Below, piece by piece: positions 36,634-48,332 of a stretch of DNA of 64,000 nt. Source of the DNA: Pristiophorus japonicus (lineage: Eukaryota); NCBI RefSeq assembly GCF_044704955.1, contig NC_091999.1:9858001-9922000 (forward strand), given 5' to 3'. The translations under genes were made by a program, and so were the position numbers. The number at the start of each line of letters is the position of its first letter. Within the stretch, counting starts at the first letter, position 1. The notes under the pieces were generated by a model, which saw only the letters and a program-made list of their open reading frames with translations, was not told where the DNA came from and did not search any database.

Positions 36634-38690
36634 CGTCCAACCTCTCGCTGCCCTCCAATCTACTACATTCCTCCAATCTTCCGCTGTTCTCTGATACTCC
36701 CGCTGTCTTCCGACCACCCGCTCTCCTCCGACCATCGGCTGTCCTCCGACCTCCCACTGTCCTCCGACCTCCCATTGTCCTCCGACCTCCCGCTGTACTC
36801 TGACCTCTCGTTGCCCTCCGACCTCTCGCTATCTTCCAACCTCCCCTCCCCAACCCTTACCTCCGACCTCCTGCTCTCCTCCGACCTCTTCTGGGCTCTG
36901 AACCCGCTGCTGGGCTCCACTTCGCACTAAGATTCACCAACCAATCCGCTACCTGGGATGCTATGACATCCGGTTTGTTGATCGCTTTGCCTTAGTCGCT
37001 CTCTAAACTGTCTCGCGCTGCTCTCTGCGCTGGTCAGCTCCTGCTGACGCGGCATTGGGTCCTGGGGCTGTGGTCCAACCACCGGGAAAGTCACCGCAAG
37101 AATCCTCCTGAATTGCCTTCTTGCTCTGGCTGAAGAACTCCTCCCAGTTTCGCAATGTGTATTTCGCCCACTAGGGGGCACAATGGACATGATGTTCTCA
37201 CGTCAGATATAAGAAATGCAGGGAACAGCACCAATCCCTGTACATGGCCTTCTTCGACCTCACAAAAGCCTTCGACACTGTCATCCATGAGGGATTATGG
37301 AGCTTCCTCGTTAGATTTGGCTGCCCTCAAAAGTGTGTCAACATTCTCTGCCTGCAGCACGATGACATGCAAGCCATGATCCTGGATAATGGATCCACCA
37401 GAAACCCATTCCACGTTCGGAGCGGGGTCAAGCAAGGCTGTGTCATCGCACCAACGCTCTTCTCGATCTTCCATGCTGGAATGCTCCATCTCACCCTAGT
37501 CAAGCTCACCTTTGGAGTGGAGATAAATTACAGGACAAGTGGGAAGTTGTTCAACCTCCGCTGCCTCCAGGCCAGATCCAAGGGTTTCCAATCCTCCATC
37601 ATTGAATTACAGTAAGTAGATGATGCTTGCTTCTGCGCACACTCGGGGGGCAAACTCCAAACCATCGTCAACACCTTTTCTGAGGCATACGAGAGAATGT
37701 GCCTTACACTAAACATCAGGAAGACAAAGGTCCTCTACCAACCTGCTCCTGTCACACAGCATTGCCCCCCCCCCCGGTTATCAAAATCCACGATGAGGCC
37801 GTGGACAACGTGAACTCTTTTCCATACCTCAGGAGCCTACTGTCAACAAGGGCAGACATCGACGACGAGGTTCAACACCGCCTGCAGTGTCACAGTGTAT
37901 TCTTCCGTCGCCTGAGGAAGAGAGTGTTTGAAGACAAGGACCTCAAACTTGGCACCAACTTCATGGTCGACTGAGCAGTGCTGATACCCGCCCTCCGATA
38001 TGGCTCAGAGACATGACCCATGTACAGCAGGCACCTCAAATCATTGAAGTGCACCAACATTGCCTGCGCAAGATCCTGCAAATCCATTGGCAGGATTGGC
38101 GCACCGATGTCGGTGTCCTCGCTCAGGTCAATATCCAGAGCATCGAACCACTGACCATGCTCGATCAGCTCCGCTGGACGGGCCAAATTGCTGGCATATC
38201 TGACACGAGTCTCCCAACGCAAGCGCTCTACTCGGAGCTCCAACACAACATCCGAGCACCATGGGGGCAGAGGAAACACTTCAAGGACACCCTTGAAAAA
38301 TGTAAGATCCCTACTGACACTTGGGAATCCCTGGCCCAAGACCGGCCAAATTGGAGGAAAAACATCCGGGAAGGCGCTGAACACCTCGAGTCTCTTCACC
38401 GAGAGCAAGCTGAAACGAAGCATTGACAGCGGAAGGAGCGCATGGCAACCGAGGCACCCCACCCACCTGTTCCTTCACCCACCGTTTTCCCCACCTATGA
38501 CAGAAACTGTAGGTTCTGCATTGGACTCTTTAGTAACCTGAGAACTCATTTCTTGTGTGAAAGCAAGTCATTCTCGACTCCGAGGGACTGCCTATGATGA
38601 TGAAGGCAAGTATATCCTTCCTTAGGTAAGGACATTTCTTGTGTGAAAGCAAGTCATTCTCGACTCCGAGGGACTGCCTATGATGATGAT
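36634..38690 (+). mobile_element. RTE-clade LINE (fragmented ORF)
   Basis: AFFDLTKAFDTV, GVKQGCVIAPTLF, FPYLRSLLS and LRWTGQIA..LPTQALYSEL motifs, with a (GAT)n tail. Confidence 0.85.
36690..36890 (+). repeat. ~18-bp tandem repeat (CTCCGACCTCCC.CT.TC)
   Basis: About 9 units of TCCGACC-containing repeats. Confidence 0.8.
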
Positions 38691-39451
38691 GGCAAGTATA
38701 TCCTTCCTTAGGTAAGGACACCATAACTGTTCACAATACTCCAGGTCTGGTCTCACGAGGGCTCTCTATAATTGCATTAAGACATCCTTTACTCTTATAC
38801 TTCAATCCTATGTAACAAAGGCCAACATACAATGATCTTTCTTAATCGTTTGCGGCACCTCATGTTAACTTTCAATGATTCCTGCACAGGGACATGCAGG
38901 TCACGCGGAACGCCAACATGAGTCCATTATCGGATTAGCCATGATTGTATTAAATAGTGGAGCAGGTTCGAGGGGACGTATGGCCTACTCCTGCTCCTAT
39001 TTCTTATTTTCCAATCTCTCAGATTTTAGAAGTACTCTGCTTTTATATTTCCTACCAAGGTGGATAACTTCACATTTCTCCAAACATTTTTCAATTTGCT
39101 ATGTTCTTGCCCATACACGTAGCCTATCTATTTCGCCTTCAAGCTTCTTTGCATTCTCCTCACAACGTACATTCCTATCTGGCTTTGTATCATCATCAAA
39201 CTTGGAAGATCACATTTGGTCCCCTCATCCAAATCATTGATATAGATTGGGAATAGGTGGAGACATGGGGAATGTTGACTGATTCTGTGAATTTGTTGAT
39301 GCGAGGCTTCGAATTTTACCAATGGGTTTCATGTAATGTGTAAATGTTTAAAGGATATTTGTGTGATTCGTGAATATTTTATGCACTTTACCTTCATTGC
39401 TTTGTGTCAACACTTAGCTCCTTTTATTTATCTTCCCATTTATAAAACACC

Positions 39452-40470
39452 ATGATATGTGTTGCCGATGTTCTTGTTCTAGTTTCCGGCAATAAAGTAT
39501 ACACTGGGAAAGGCATACCTAGATTGAGGCGGAGGCAGTATAATCTATTCGGCCCCGAGAGTGAAATTCCTGGACCATGGAGGGGGAACTGACATCAAGG
39601 CGGCACGAAGAGTGAAATTCCTAGATTTCGGTGGGAGCAGTGTAATCTAGGCTGCCCTGCGACTGAAATACCTGGACTGAGGCAGGGTCAGTGTAATCTA
39701 GGTTTCCCTGGGAGTGTAATTCTGGACTGAAGTGGGAGCAGTGTCATCATAAAATCATAGACTAGTACAACACAGAATAAGGCAATTTGGCTCATCTTGT
39801 CTACGCTGGCTCTGTGTCAGGCTGTCCATTCCATTCTTGATAAGCTGTCCTGCGTTCATCGATGTCTCTGACTGTACAATTATTAATCGGACTGTTTGTT
39901 TCTCTGTCTATCCATATCTCTATATCCAGCTGTTTATATGTTAATGTATTGCCCTTAATCTAATGGTTTCTATTTCTGTCCCATCGTCTCTTTGTCTATA
40001 AACCGAGCAAAAGTCAAGTCATATTGTAAAGAAATAAAAGCGAGATATCAGTGCTAAGTATGTATATATCTATATATCTATCTATGACCTGTTTTTTCAT
40101 TTTGTTTCCACGGTTAACCAGGACTATTTTCTGCAGGACTGAGTTCTGGAGATTCCGTCAAGCAGTGGCCAACAGATGCCCAATATCTGGAGGGAACCTC
40201 GATGAGCATTAATTGTAACTATTCAACCACAGATTCGAGCTATTCCCTACAGCTTTACCGTCAGAGCCCGAGCAAGGCTCAGACTTTAGTAATTCAGGCT
40301 CATTCCTTTGGAAAGGACGAAATTAACGGCCGTTTCTCTGTCATTCTGGAATAATCGAGAAATATCGTTGTTTCCGCCCTGACTGAGCTGCTTCTCTCTG
40401 ACAGCGCCGTGTACTACTGTGCACTGAGTTCCACAGTGAGAAGGGCCTCCGGATACCTTGTACAGCAACC
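39452..40470 (+). pseudogene. TCR alpha/delta-type V pseudogene V7 (single in-frame stop) with 23-RSS
   Basis: Candidate leader 39452-39488 MICVADVLVLVS-G|gc. Exon 40137-40431 reads GDSVKQWP..EGTSMSINCNYST..LQLYRQSPSKA..GRFSVILE*(40352)..DSAVYYCALS. RSS is CACAGTG (40432) + 23 bp + ACAGCAACC. Confidence 0.9.
39500..39745. repeat. ~51-bp degenerate minisatellite (4-5 copies)
   Basis: GTGAAATTCC-like cores at 39561, 39612, 39663 and 39714. Confidence 0.7.
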
Positions 40471-40510
40471 GTGTTCTGTGAGATCAGCTCAAAGAAGATA
40501 CTTTAAACTC

Positions 40511-40528
40511 GGCCACCAGGTGGCGCCG
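40511..40528 (+). promoter_or_regulatory. Candidate CTCF-binding element
   Basis: GGCCACCAGGTGGCGCCG matches the CCACCAG(G/A)(T/G)GGCGC consensus core. Confidence 0.65.
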
Positions 40529-41366
40529 AGAGAGCGCAGATTCCCACCGCCTGTCACCTTACATCAATCAATACTAAGTGACACTTCCTCAATAAAATTA
40601 ACGCTTAACATTAATGCTCCTTAATGTTATACATTCCCTCACGGTTTCATAGTGTCACAAATTAGTTATGTATAAATGACCTGTCCACCTCCAGAATCAT
40701 GGGATCAGTTGTCGTTTTGACCTATTGCCCTCCTCTATATTCAGCCGCTGGTTGTAAACCACTTCCCTGATGACCATTTCGATAACTATTGATTACTATA
40801 ATAATCCTGCTATTCTTGTCTCTGGACTGCTTGCTCTGAATTTGCAATCAAAGTAACGCAGTTCTTTTGGAAAGACAGTGTTGTATACTTTCGGCGGGGA
40901 CATAATTATTGAATTCATTTCCTTACAGACGGGCCCTACGTTTGACAACACTGCCTGCGGCAGCCCCACATACAGCTTCCCTTTGCTGCTCATGCTCTGA
41001 TCCGCCTTGCCTGACCTGTTTTATGAAACAGATTGATGCCGCTGCTCCCTGATTAGCCTTGGTTGTATCAGCACTGCAGTGGGGTGCGGATCTGTACTTC
41101 ATTCTATCGTGGAATAATTATTGTTTATTCTCTGTAGTCGCCCAGAATTATACATCAAAATATGCCTTATTCATAGAAAGCTTGATTAATTGCCTTGTGT
41201 CTCAATCTGTTTCTGTCCCCTCCTTCCTGTAGATTGCGCGGAGCACCTGGCCTTTTCTCTGCATCCACACATGCGCACCAGCGAGTTGCAGGCTCTAAAC
41301 TAACCAGAAGCAGCTTAAATCGAGAATTATAACCTTTTGTCACCGACCAGAAAAAGAGACACTGCC

Positions 41367-41752
41367 ATGGGTATACTATGAGTGGTTCTGCTGTTAGTGT
41401 CCTGCGAGTCGTCCACTTTTCATTCCAATCACCGTGCTTTATAGAATTGTCTGAATATAAAAATTCTCAAATGGCATCCAAAGCTGCTGTGAATTTGGCC
41501 CAGATTTCACAGGCTACCCGAGAACTTTCAGCACGCAGTACGGGTGTGGGTGCAGCTTGCCCGACAACATTTGTTGTTAAAGCCGACTGATGAGTCAGGC
41601 CCTGGTAGACATTCATTGCCAGATTCAAAGCAGAGCGCCACCAAGGCCAGTTAAAGTTGCACTCCGACTGTGAACAAAGTGAAAGCACACACGGCATGAG
41701 CAAGGCCATGTTGGCCGATACCGGAATCTATTGCTGCGCATTCGCCATAGTG
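41367..41752 (+). pseudogene. Decayed V pseudogene V8
   Basis: Leader-like MGIL*VVLLLVS, strand-D-like ARFKAE, and LADTGIYCCAF followed directly by CATAGTG (41746-41752). No good nonamer. Confidence 0.55.
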
Positions 41753-42852
41753 TGTGAGAAAGGCTCTTCAACAATATCTCCTCTCTGAGCAAAGCCTTGG
41801 TAGATTGCATGAGAGTTAAAACAACACAGGAAAGAAAGATGGAATGTTCCAAAGCATTTAATAGCCAGCGAACTACTTTGGAGGTGTTGTAATGGACAAA
41901 TAATGTCCCAGAACCCAAATGTTTGGTTGGATTCATAGAATATGCAATAATTCGAAAGTTTTCTCCTGGCTTGGCTTAAAAGTTGGAAGAAATGTGTCCT
42001 CTATACTATATATGCTGAGATATCATACATTGCATAGCCGTCCCTTATAAACCAGTTCTTCCTTTCTAATGGGAGCTTGAAGGGAAGTTCCACACGTGGA
42101 TCAAATAGAGGAATGTTGGCGGGAATTTGCTCTTCTGACTTTGACTCGGCGATATCGGTAGCGGAACAACGTAAATTTCCACATTGGTTACTTCTGTTAG
42201 CAAAATGTTCATTATAAATAAAATATGCAAGGCACTGCTTGACATCGCGATCAGAATCATTTCTCTGCTTTGATTATCATTCCGTTAACTAATCATTTTG
42301 TCAAGAAGAAATCACCCTTGATTAACCTCAAAGGAAATTAAAGGACTAAAGTGATTTTATTTTCAGCCGTTTTAAAAGATGCATTCATCATCTGGTCAGT
42401 GGGGTTCTTTTATTCTTTCTTTCGAGCTTTCTTTTTCCTTCCTTCCTTCCTTGTTTTATCTTTCTTTCTCTCTTTATGTTCTTAATAGTCTCTAAAATGA
42501 ACGTGTATAATTATAGTTATAAAAGAACAAACAGCTAACAGCGTATGCTGAAAAGGCGGGGGATGGTTTTTCAGAGAGACCATGAGGGGCGAGGGATGGG
42601 GACGAGTGTGTGTCTTTCGGAGAGACGGCGCTGAAATGATACGTTGAAAATTGTTCTAATGCCAGCTCTACCAATAAGACGCTTACTGGATTCTGGCGCA
42701 GTGCAATGCATTTTCTGTCTGCATATTAACTGTTGTTGATTTTCAGTTGTTTTGACGGATTGGACACCAACTTGTTGGTTTTTACTCTCCATGGATAACC
42801 GTTAGACTATTATTGACGATACTTCCCATGTTTTGGCTGACGGTTGCCTTGC

Positions 42853-43168
42853 AGATGAAGTACAGCAATCGCTGGTCTTCAAAACAGTGCAGCCGAGAGA
42901 TCCGGCCAGTGCTATTGCAGCTATACCATCTCGGAGATATCTGCCTTCCACTGGTACAAGCAGATCCCGAATGGACGGCTGATGTGAGTCATCACCAGCA
43001 CACGGTGCGGCAAAGATGTGCTCGGACGATTGGAGGTTGTGCTTGAAACTATCGAAAAGCGAGGTTATTTCGCTTTCAGAAGGACTGAGGCTCGGGATTC
43101 TGCATCTATTACTGTGTAATCGAGGCACTCACTATGACAGCACTGAGCAGCACCGCTGTTCAAAAACC
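42853..43168 (+). pseudogene. V pseudogene V9 with 23-RSS
   Basis: DEVQQS..CSYTISEISAFHWYKQIPNGRLM*..RDSA/IYYCVIEA with frameshifts. RSS is CACTATG (43130) + 23 bp + TCAAAAACC. Confidence 0.82.
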
Positions 43169-43284
43169 TGGCCTCGGGTGGGACTCGCCCTGCTTTACAA
43201 AGATCACCTGTGTCATTATCTTTTTACAAGATACATGCTCCTTAGGTTAGACAATGATGATTTGGCTGTATCATTGCATCCGGC

Positions 43285-43775
43285 AGGACATAGAATTTAC
43301 AGCACAGACACAGGCCATTCGGCGCAACTGGTCCAATGTCGCTGTCTAAGCGCCCACACGAGACTCCTCCCACCCGATGTCATTTCACTCTATCATCATA
43401 TCCATCAATTTAATGCTCCCTGATGTGATCACAACTTGATCTAGCGTCCCTCAAAAGGCATCTATGCTATTTGCCTCAACTACTCCTGTGGTATCACATG
43501 CCATCTTCTAAAAACGCTGTGTAAAAAAGATTCTTCTGATCCCCTTAATATATTTATTAGTGACTATATTGTATTTAATGCCTCTTGGTTTGGACTGTCT
43601 CACAAGCAGAAACAAATTATCTCTGTCTACGCTATCGGGGGGAAATCCTTCATAATTTTAAATAATTCTATTATGTTACTCCTTAGCTTTCTCTTTCCTA
43701 GAGTAGAGAGACATAGCCTGATCAGTCTTTCTTGATAATTATGACCTATAAGTTCTGGTAGCACCTGCTCCAGGG
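43285..43775 (-). mobile_element. Decayed CR1 3' fragment
   Basis: CAGGCCATTCGGC terminus and YQERLIRLCLSTLGKRKLR coding. Confidence 0.6.
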
Positions 43776-43969
43776 ATGGAACAATACTGACTGTGATCGG
43801 AATGAAAGCAATATCAATCAGACATTTTACTGCCAATTATTAATCTGTCCAGTTGTTCTCCAGCGAACCTCCCTTTGGCCAAGCTGTATGTGTTTTGTTA
43901 CAAATTGTACCGCCGCTGGCATGTGCGCCTTGTGGCGATTTTTAAAATTTCCATTGTTATAATTGAACT

Positions 43970-44550
43970 AATTGGCTCAGTGGCAGCACTCACATCGCTC
44001 ATTCATAAAGTTATGGGTTCAAGTCCGATTCCAGGAGAATTCAACTCAAAATCTAGGCTTCCATAACTGAGGGAGCTGCTTCCTTTCTGCTAACACATTA
44101 ATCGAGGCCTCTCTCAGATGGAGGGTCTCCATTCCTGGACATGACTGGCGGTGTCTGTGGAACAGTCACTGAGCTCCCTCTGCCATGTGAAGCCGGGAGA
44201 TGGTAGTTTATCTGAGGACTTTTAATTTTTACGCAGCGACTTGTTACGATCTGTAATGCAGGGCCTGAAAGCGTGATGGAAGCAGATTCAATAACTTTCA
44301 AAAGAGAACACTATCTGGAAGAAATGCAGAGGCGTTCTTCCAGGTCTCCTGTACAATATTTAGCCCTCACCCAACATTACTAAAAATGAGATGATCTGGT
44401 CATTATCACAATGCTGTTTGTGGGACCTTGCTGTACCCAAATTGGTTGCAGTGCTTCCTACATTACAGCAGTGAATACTGTTAATTTGATGTAAGGATCA
44501 TTGGGACGTCCTGAAGTCTCGAATTGCGCTGGAGAAATGCTGGTCTTTCA
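43970..44550 (+). mobile_element. tRNA-derived SINE (same type as 8930-9330) with an internal CR1 fragment
   Basis: TGGCTCAGTGG A-box, GGTTCAAGTCC B-box, and a 3' part matching 9150-9300. Confidence 0.55.
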
Positions 44551-45301
44551 TTTCCTTTTTATAATAATTATTAATATTATTATTATCCATCTCATGATGT
44601 TCTACATCGCTGATGCATTACATACTTGTTCCATTTCCGACGCTCTTACTGACAGCCGTTGGGCGATTGGTGGAATCTCTATCCTGTTTCCATTCGAGTA
44701 TTTCGGAGACTTCAGCCTGTCTCCAGTGCAAAAAAGCACTGAGCACATCTCTGGTGGGGCATTTCACATCGCCGTGTCCATGGCATGTGGAGCTGTATAT
44801 TCTCAGCTGTACAACAACAAGGACCTTAGAATTACCCTATTGAAAGCCTTGAATTCGGAGGCTTCAATGCAGCGTGTATAATTTCTTTCAGTGAAGGGGT
44901 GAGGTCGCTTCCACAAAATGGCTTATCATATCTGGTAAAATTCAAAGAGCATTCTGAGGCTAATTCAGTAAGCAACTCGTAAATTAGAATCCAATCAAGC
45001 AGTTTCTGTGCCCTGATTTCTGACTGAGGTCTTTGCCTCAGTGCACAGGGCAGTTTCTTCAACAGCCCCTTTTGGTCGTTTCATTTCCTGTTTAATTCAG
45101 AACAACATATTCTGTCCGCACCTCTTTTCAATGAAGTAGAGATAGTGCCTGAAATGATCAGATGGACGGACCCACCGCACAGATATTAGTTTTCAAACTG
45201 CGAATCCTTGAGGGAGGTGTCAACATTTTGATTCCATTTCGCCTTTTAGAGTAGTTCAAAGTCGGGGACAGAATCAGATTCTGAGGGAACAAACTGCCAA
45301 A

Positions 45302-46944
45302 ATGTCAAAGGATTTCCTCACTTTCTTTGCGACTCTTGTTGTGAAGCTCGGTGAGACGTTTAGCTGACATTAAAATAAATGTTCGGGAATAAATATTTGT
45401 TTTATGGAAGGAGGGACGGATGTAGGTAGAGAGGGACTTCTGGGATGGAGGGAATAATCGATGGACAAATGGTTGGGGAGAGAGCGACAGAGAGGGATGG
45501 GCGGGCGGATAGAAAGATGGATCGGATTGGATTGATCATTCGCTTGGATTAGAGGGAGGTATGCAGTAGTGCTTCCCACCGGTTGGTATAAGAACCCTGC
45601 TTTTTTTGATATAATGTAATGATCTTGACGTTGGTATATAGGGCTTAATTTCAAAATTTGCAGGCGGCACAACATCTTGAAATATTGTACAAAAATGAGG
45701 CGGATAGAAACATACTTTAAGAGAACATGGATAGATAGGTGAAAGGGGCAGACACATCGCAGATTAAATTTAACACAGAGAATTATGCAGTAATATATTT
45801 TGGCCGGAAGAACGATCAGATGCAATGCACACTAAATGATACAATTTTCAGGGGGCTCAAGAATAGAATGATACCTGAGGGTGTATGTACACAAACCTTT
45901 CAATGTGGATAAGTTGGGATGCGTGTTAAAAAGCAAGTGAGATATTGGGGTTCATTAATAGAGGCGTAGAGTGCAAAACAAATAAAAATATACTTACGCA
46001 GGTTATGATTCATCTAGAATATTGCGTTCAATTAAGGGCAACACACTTTAGGAATGATGTGAAGGTCTTGGAGAGTGTACTGATGAGATGTAGTAGAATG
46101 GGACCAGGGACCTGAGTTATGTGCAGGGACTGGGGAAGCTGGGGTTGAGTCCTTTAGAACTGAGAAGGTTAAGGGGAGTTTTGATAGAGGTGTTCACAAT
46201 TCTGGATGTTTTGATCGAGAAACTAAGGAGAAACTGTTTCCAATGGCAGAAGGGTCCGGAATCAGAGGTAAACAAATTAAGATGATTGGAAAAAGAAGCT
46301 GAGGCGCTGGGAAGAAACATTGTTTTACAAAGCGAGTTGTTGTGATCTGAAAAACACTGCCTGAACAGAAAGTGGAAACAGGCGTGATATTAACTTCTGT
46401 AGGGTAATTGGACAAATACTGACAGTAAAACATTTACAAGGCTATGGGTAAATACTAGGGGAGTAATTGGATAGGTCTATCGAAGAGCCGACACAGGTAT
46501 GATGGTCCAAGTGGCCAGCTAATATGTTGTATCATTCTATGATTCACTGAATTTAGGATGACGAGAGGGAGTGAGTGCATATTGGTGGTTCCGCTATCTA
46601 AGCCCCTGTTTGTTTTCTGTTTATTTACTATTTTCAGGACTGTGTTATTCGGATACAATTAAGCAACCGGCAGTATCAGTGCCATGTATGGAGAAAGAAC
46701 GCATGGTATTGCCCTGGTCATACTCCACCGACAGCAGCCGATATGAACTGCTCTGGTATCGGCAAAGAACGGGGGAGGCGCCGGTGCTTTTAGTCAGCAT
46801 GAATTCTGAGGGAGAAGGCCAAAATGCAGAGCGTGTGGGCGGCCGATTCTCTTCTACCCTCCGATTATCGGACAGTTTCTTCGCATTAATCCTGGAAGGT
46901 TTACAACTGGGTGACAGTGCGATGTATTATTGTGTGCTGAAGAC
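45302..46944 (+). CDS. TCR alpha/delta-type V segment V10 (open; first canonical Cys replaced by Trp); exons 45302-45350 and 46638-46944
   Basis: Leader MSKDFLTFFATLVVKL-G|gtgaga, ttttcag| acceptor, and exon GLCYSDTIKQPAVSVPCMEKERMVLPWSYST..LLWYRQRTGEAP..GRFSS..DSAMYYCVLK. Confidence 0.82.
45670..46545 (+). mobile_element. Decayed CR1 3' half within the V10 intron
   Basis: CR1 ORF2 C-terminal remnants and a ..ATTCTATGATT terminus. Confidence 0.65.
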
Positions 46945-46983
46945 CACAGTGTTTTAAACTGATGCAGGCCTCGTACGGAAACT
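46945..46983 (+). other. 23-RSS of V10
   Basis: CACAGTG + 23 bp + ACGGAAACT. Confidence 0.9.
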
Positions 46984-47209
46984 ATGGCTGGATTGTAATA
47001 TATCCTGCGAGTTGCGTGTTTAATGAATGTACAGCGGTACCTCATCACTGACAGGACCAGAACCAGACACCAACAGTTTATGGCTGTGGGTATTTAACCG
47101 CAAAAAAGATTGACTGAAATAAAAAGACATTTGCGAATGTTTCGGAATATGAATGAAAGAAATGTGGAAATGAATTTATGACATTCAGATAATGAGGATA
47201 GACCGCATC

Positions 47210-47554
47210 AGAGAGAGAGAGTTAATGTCAAGAAAACGTTGACAGAAAGGGACAGATGGAGAGTGAAAGAAAAGAAAAAAGAATAGAAAGAGTGATAGCG
47301 AGAGAGAAAGACAGAGAATGGGGTAAAAGACCGTTACAGATACAGAAAGAGACACGATTGGGGTCAACGATTTATGCGGCGAGAGGAGAGAGAGATAGAA
47401 ATACGCATAGAGAAACAGAGGGACAGGGAGAGGGAGAGATACAGATAGCAAGAAAGACAGATATAGAGAGAGAGTGAGAGAGAGTGAGAGAGATGGATAA
47501 AAGAGCGTTACAGAAAGAGACAGAACGGGGGACAACGATTGATGTGCCGAGAGG

Positions 47555-47593
<39 letters not shown>

Positions 47594-47730
47594 CGTGGAG
47601 ATGCAGAGGAATAAAGAGAGGGAGAGAAATACAGATAGCAAGAAAGACAGATATAGACAGACAGACAGAGAGAGACAGTGACACAAATATAGAATCAGAA
47701 AGACAGAGACAGGAGACTGACAGACACAGG
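47210..47730. repeat. GA-rich microsatellite with internal ~180-bp duplication
   Basis: (GA)n runs, with TACAGATAGCAAGAAAGACAGATATAGA repeated at ~47440 and ~47630. Confidence 0.85.
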
Positions 47731-48112
47731 AAGCATGTTTTTAATCCTCGAAGTTAATTTCTGATTTCCAGCTATTTTTTTTTAACCTGTCCTATTATGT
47801 GACTTCAATGTGACTGAACGAGGGTTTGACGGTTCGTTGGACATCGAGCTGCCTGGGGCCCCATTGCGGAAACCGCTCGTTTAACTGCTCTGTGTCAATA
47901 TGTGGAACAGAAGAGAGAAAACGGTTAACAGGTGCACGTCTCTTAGACATTGAGTTTAGACGGTGGGAAATGGGTGATTCTTCAAAGTGGGCAGTCTCAG
48001 GCAATCCGTGTCACCTTCCAGTTACTGACTGGCTATAGCTGTTAAACGGTAAGAAAATAGGAATGTGTTACAGAAATAGGAGCAATTCATTCAGCCGCCC
48101 ATTTACAATATT

Positions 48113-48332
48113 CATCATCATCATAGGCAGTCCGTCGGAATCAAGGAAGACTTGCTTCTGCTCTTAACATAAGTTCTTCGGTGACTGTACAGACCAATAT
48201 GAGAACCACAGTCTCTGTCACAGGTGGGACAAATAGTCATTGAGGGAAAGGATGAGCAGGGAGCCTGGATTGCCACACGCTCCTTAGGCAGCCTGCACTT
48301 GATTTCTGCATGCTCCCGGCGACGATACTCAA
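48113..48332 (-). mobile_element. RTE 3'-end fragment
   Basis: CPTCDRDCGSHIGLYSH coding and a (GAT)n tail matching 13762-13980. Confidence 0.75.

Larger units (their letters stand above)
36125..39260 (-). mobile_element. CR1-type LINE 3' part, split by an RTE insertion
   Basis: Tail at 36125-36145 and FFTQRVVNLCNSL coding. The element breaks at ..GATGGCAAAT (36633) and resumes at ..GATGGCAAGT (~38690). Confidence 0.75.

Noticed and set aside
36690-36890. CRISPR-like repeat array (also 39500-39745, 2700-3150)
   Set aside because: Eukaryotic context, and the tandem units have no unique spacers.
39550-39580. Resemblance to 18S rRNA (GAGTGAAATTCCTGGACC)
   Set aside because: Only ~18 nt, and part of a minisatellite unit with no flanking rRNA sequence.
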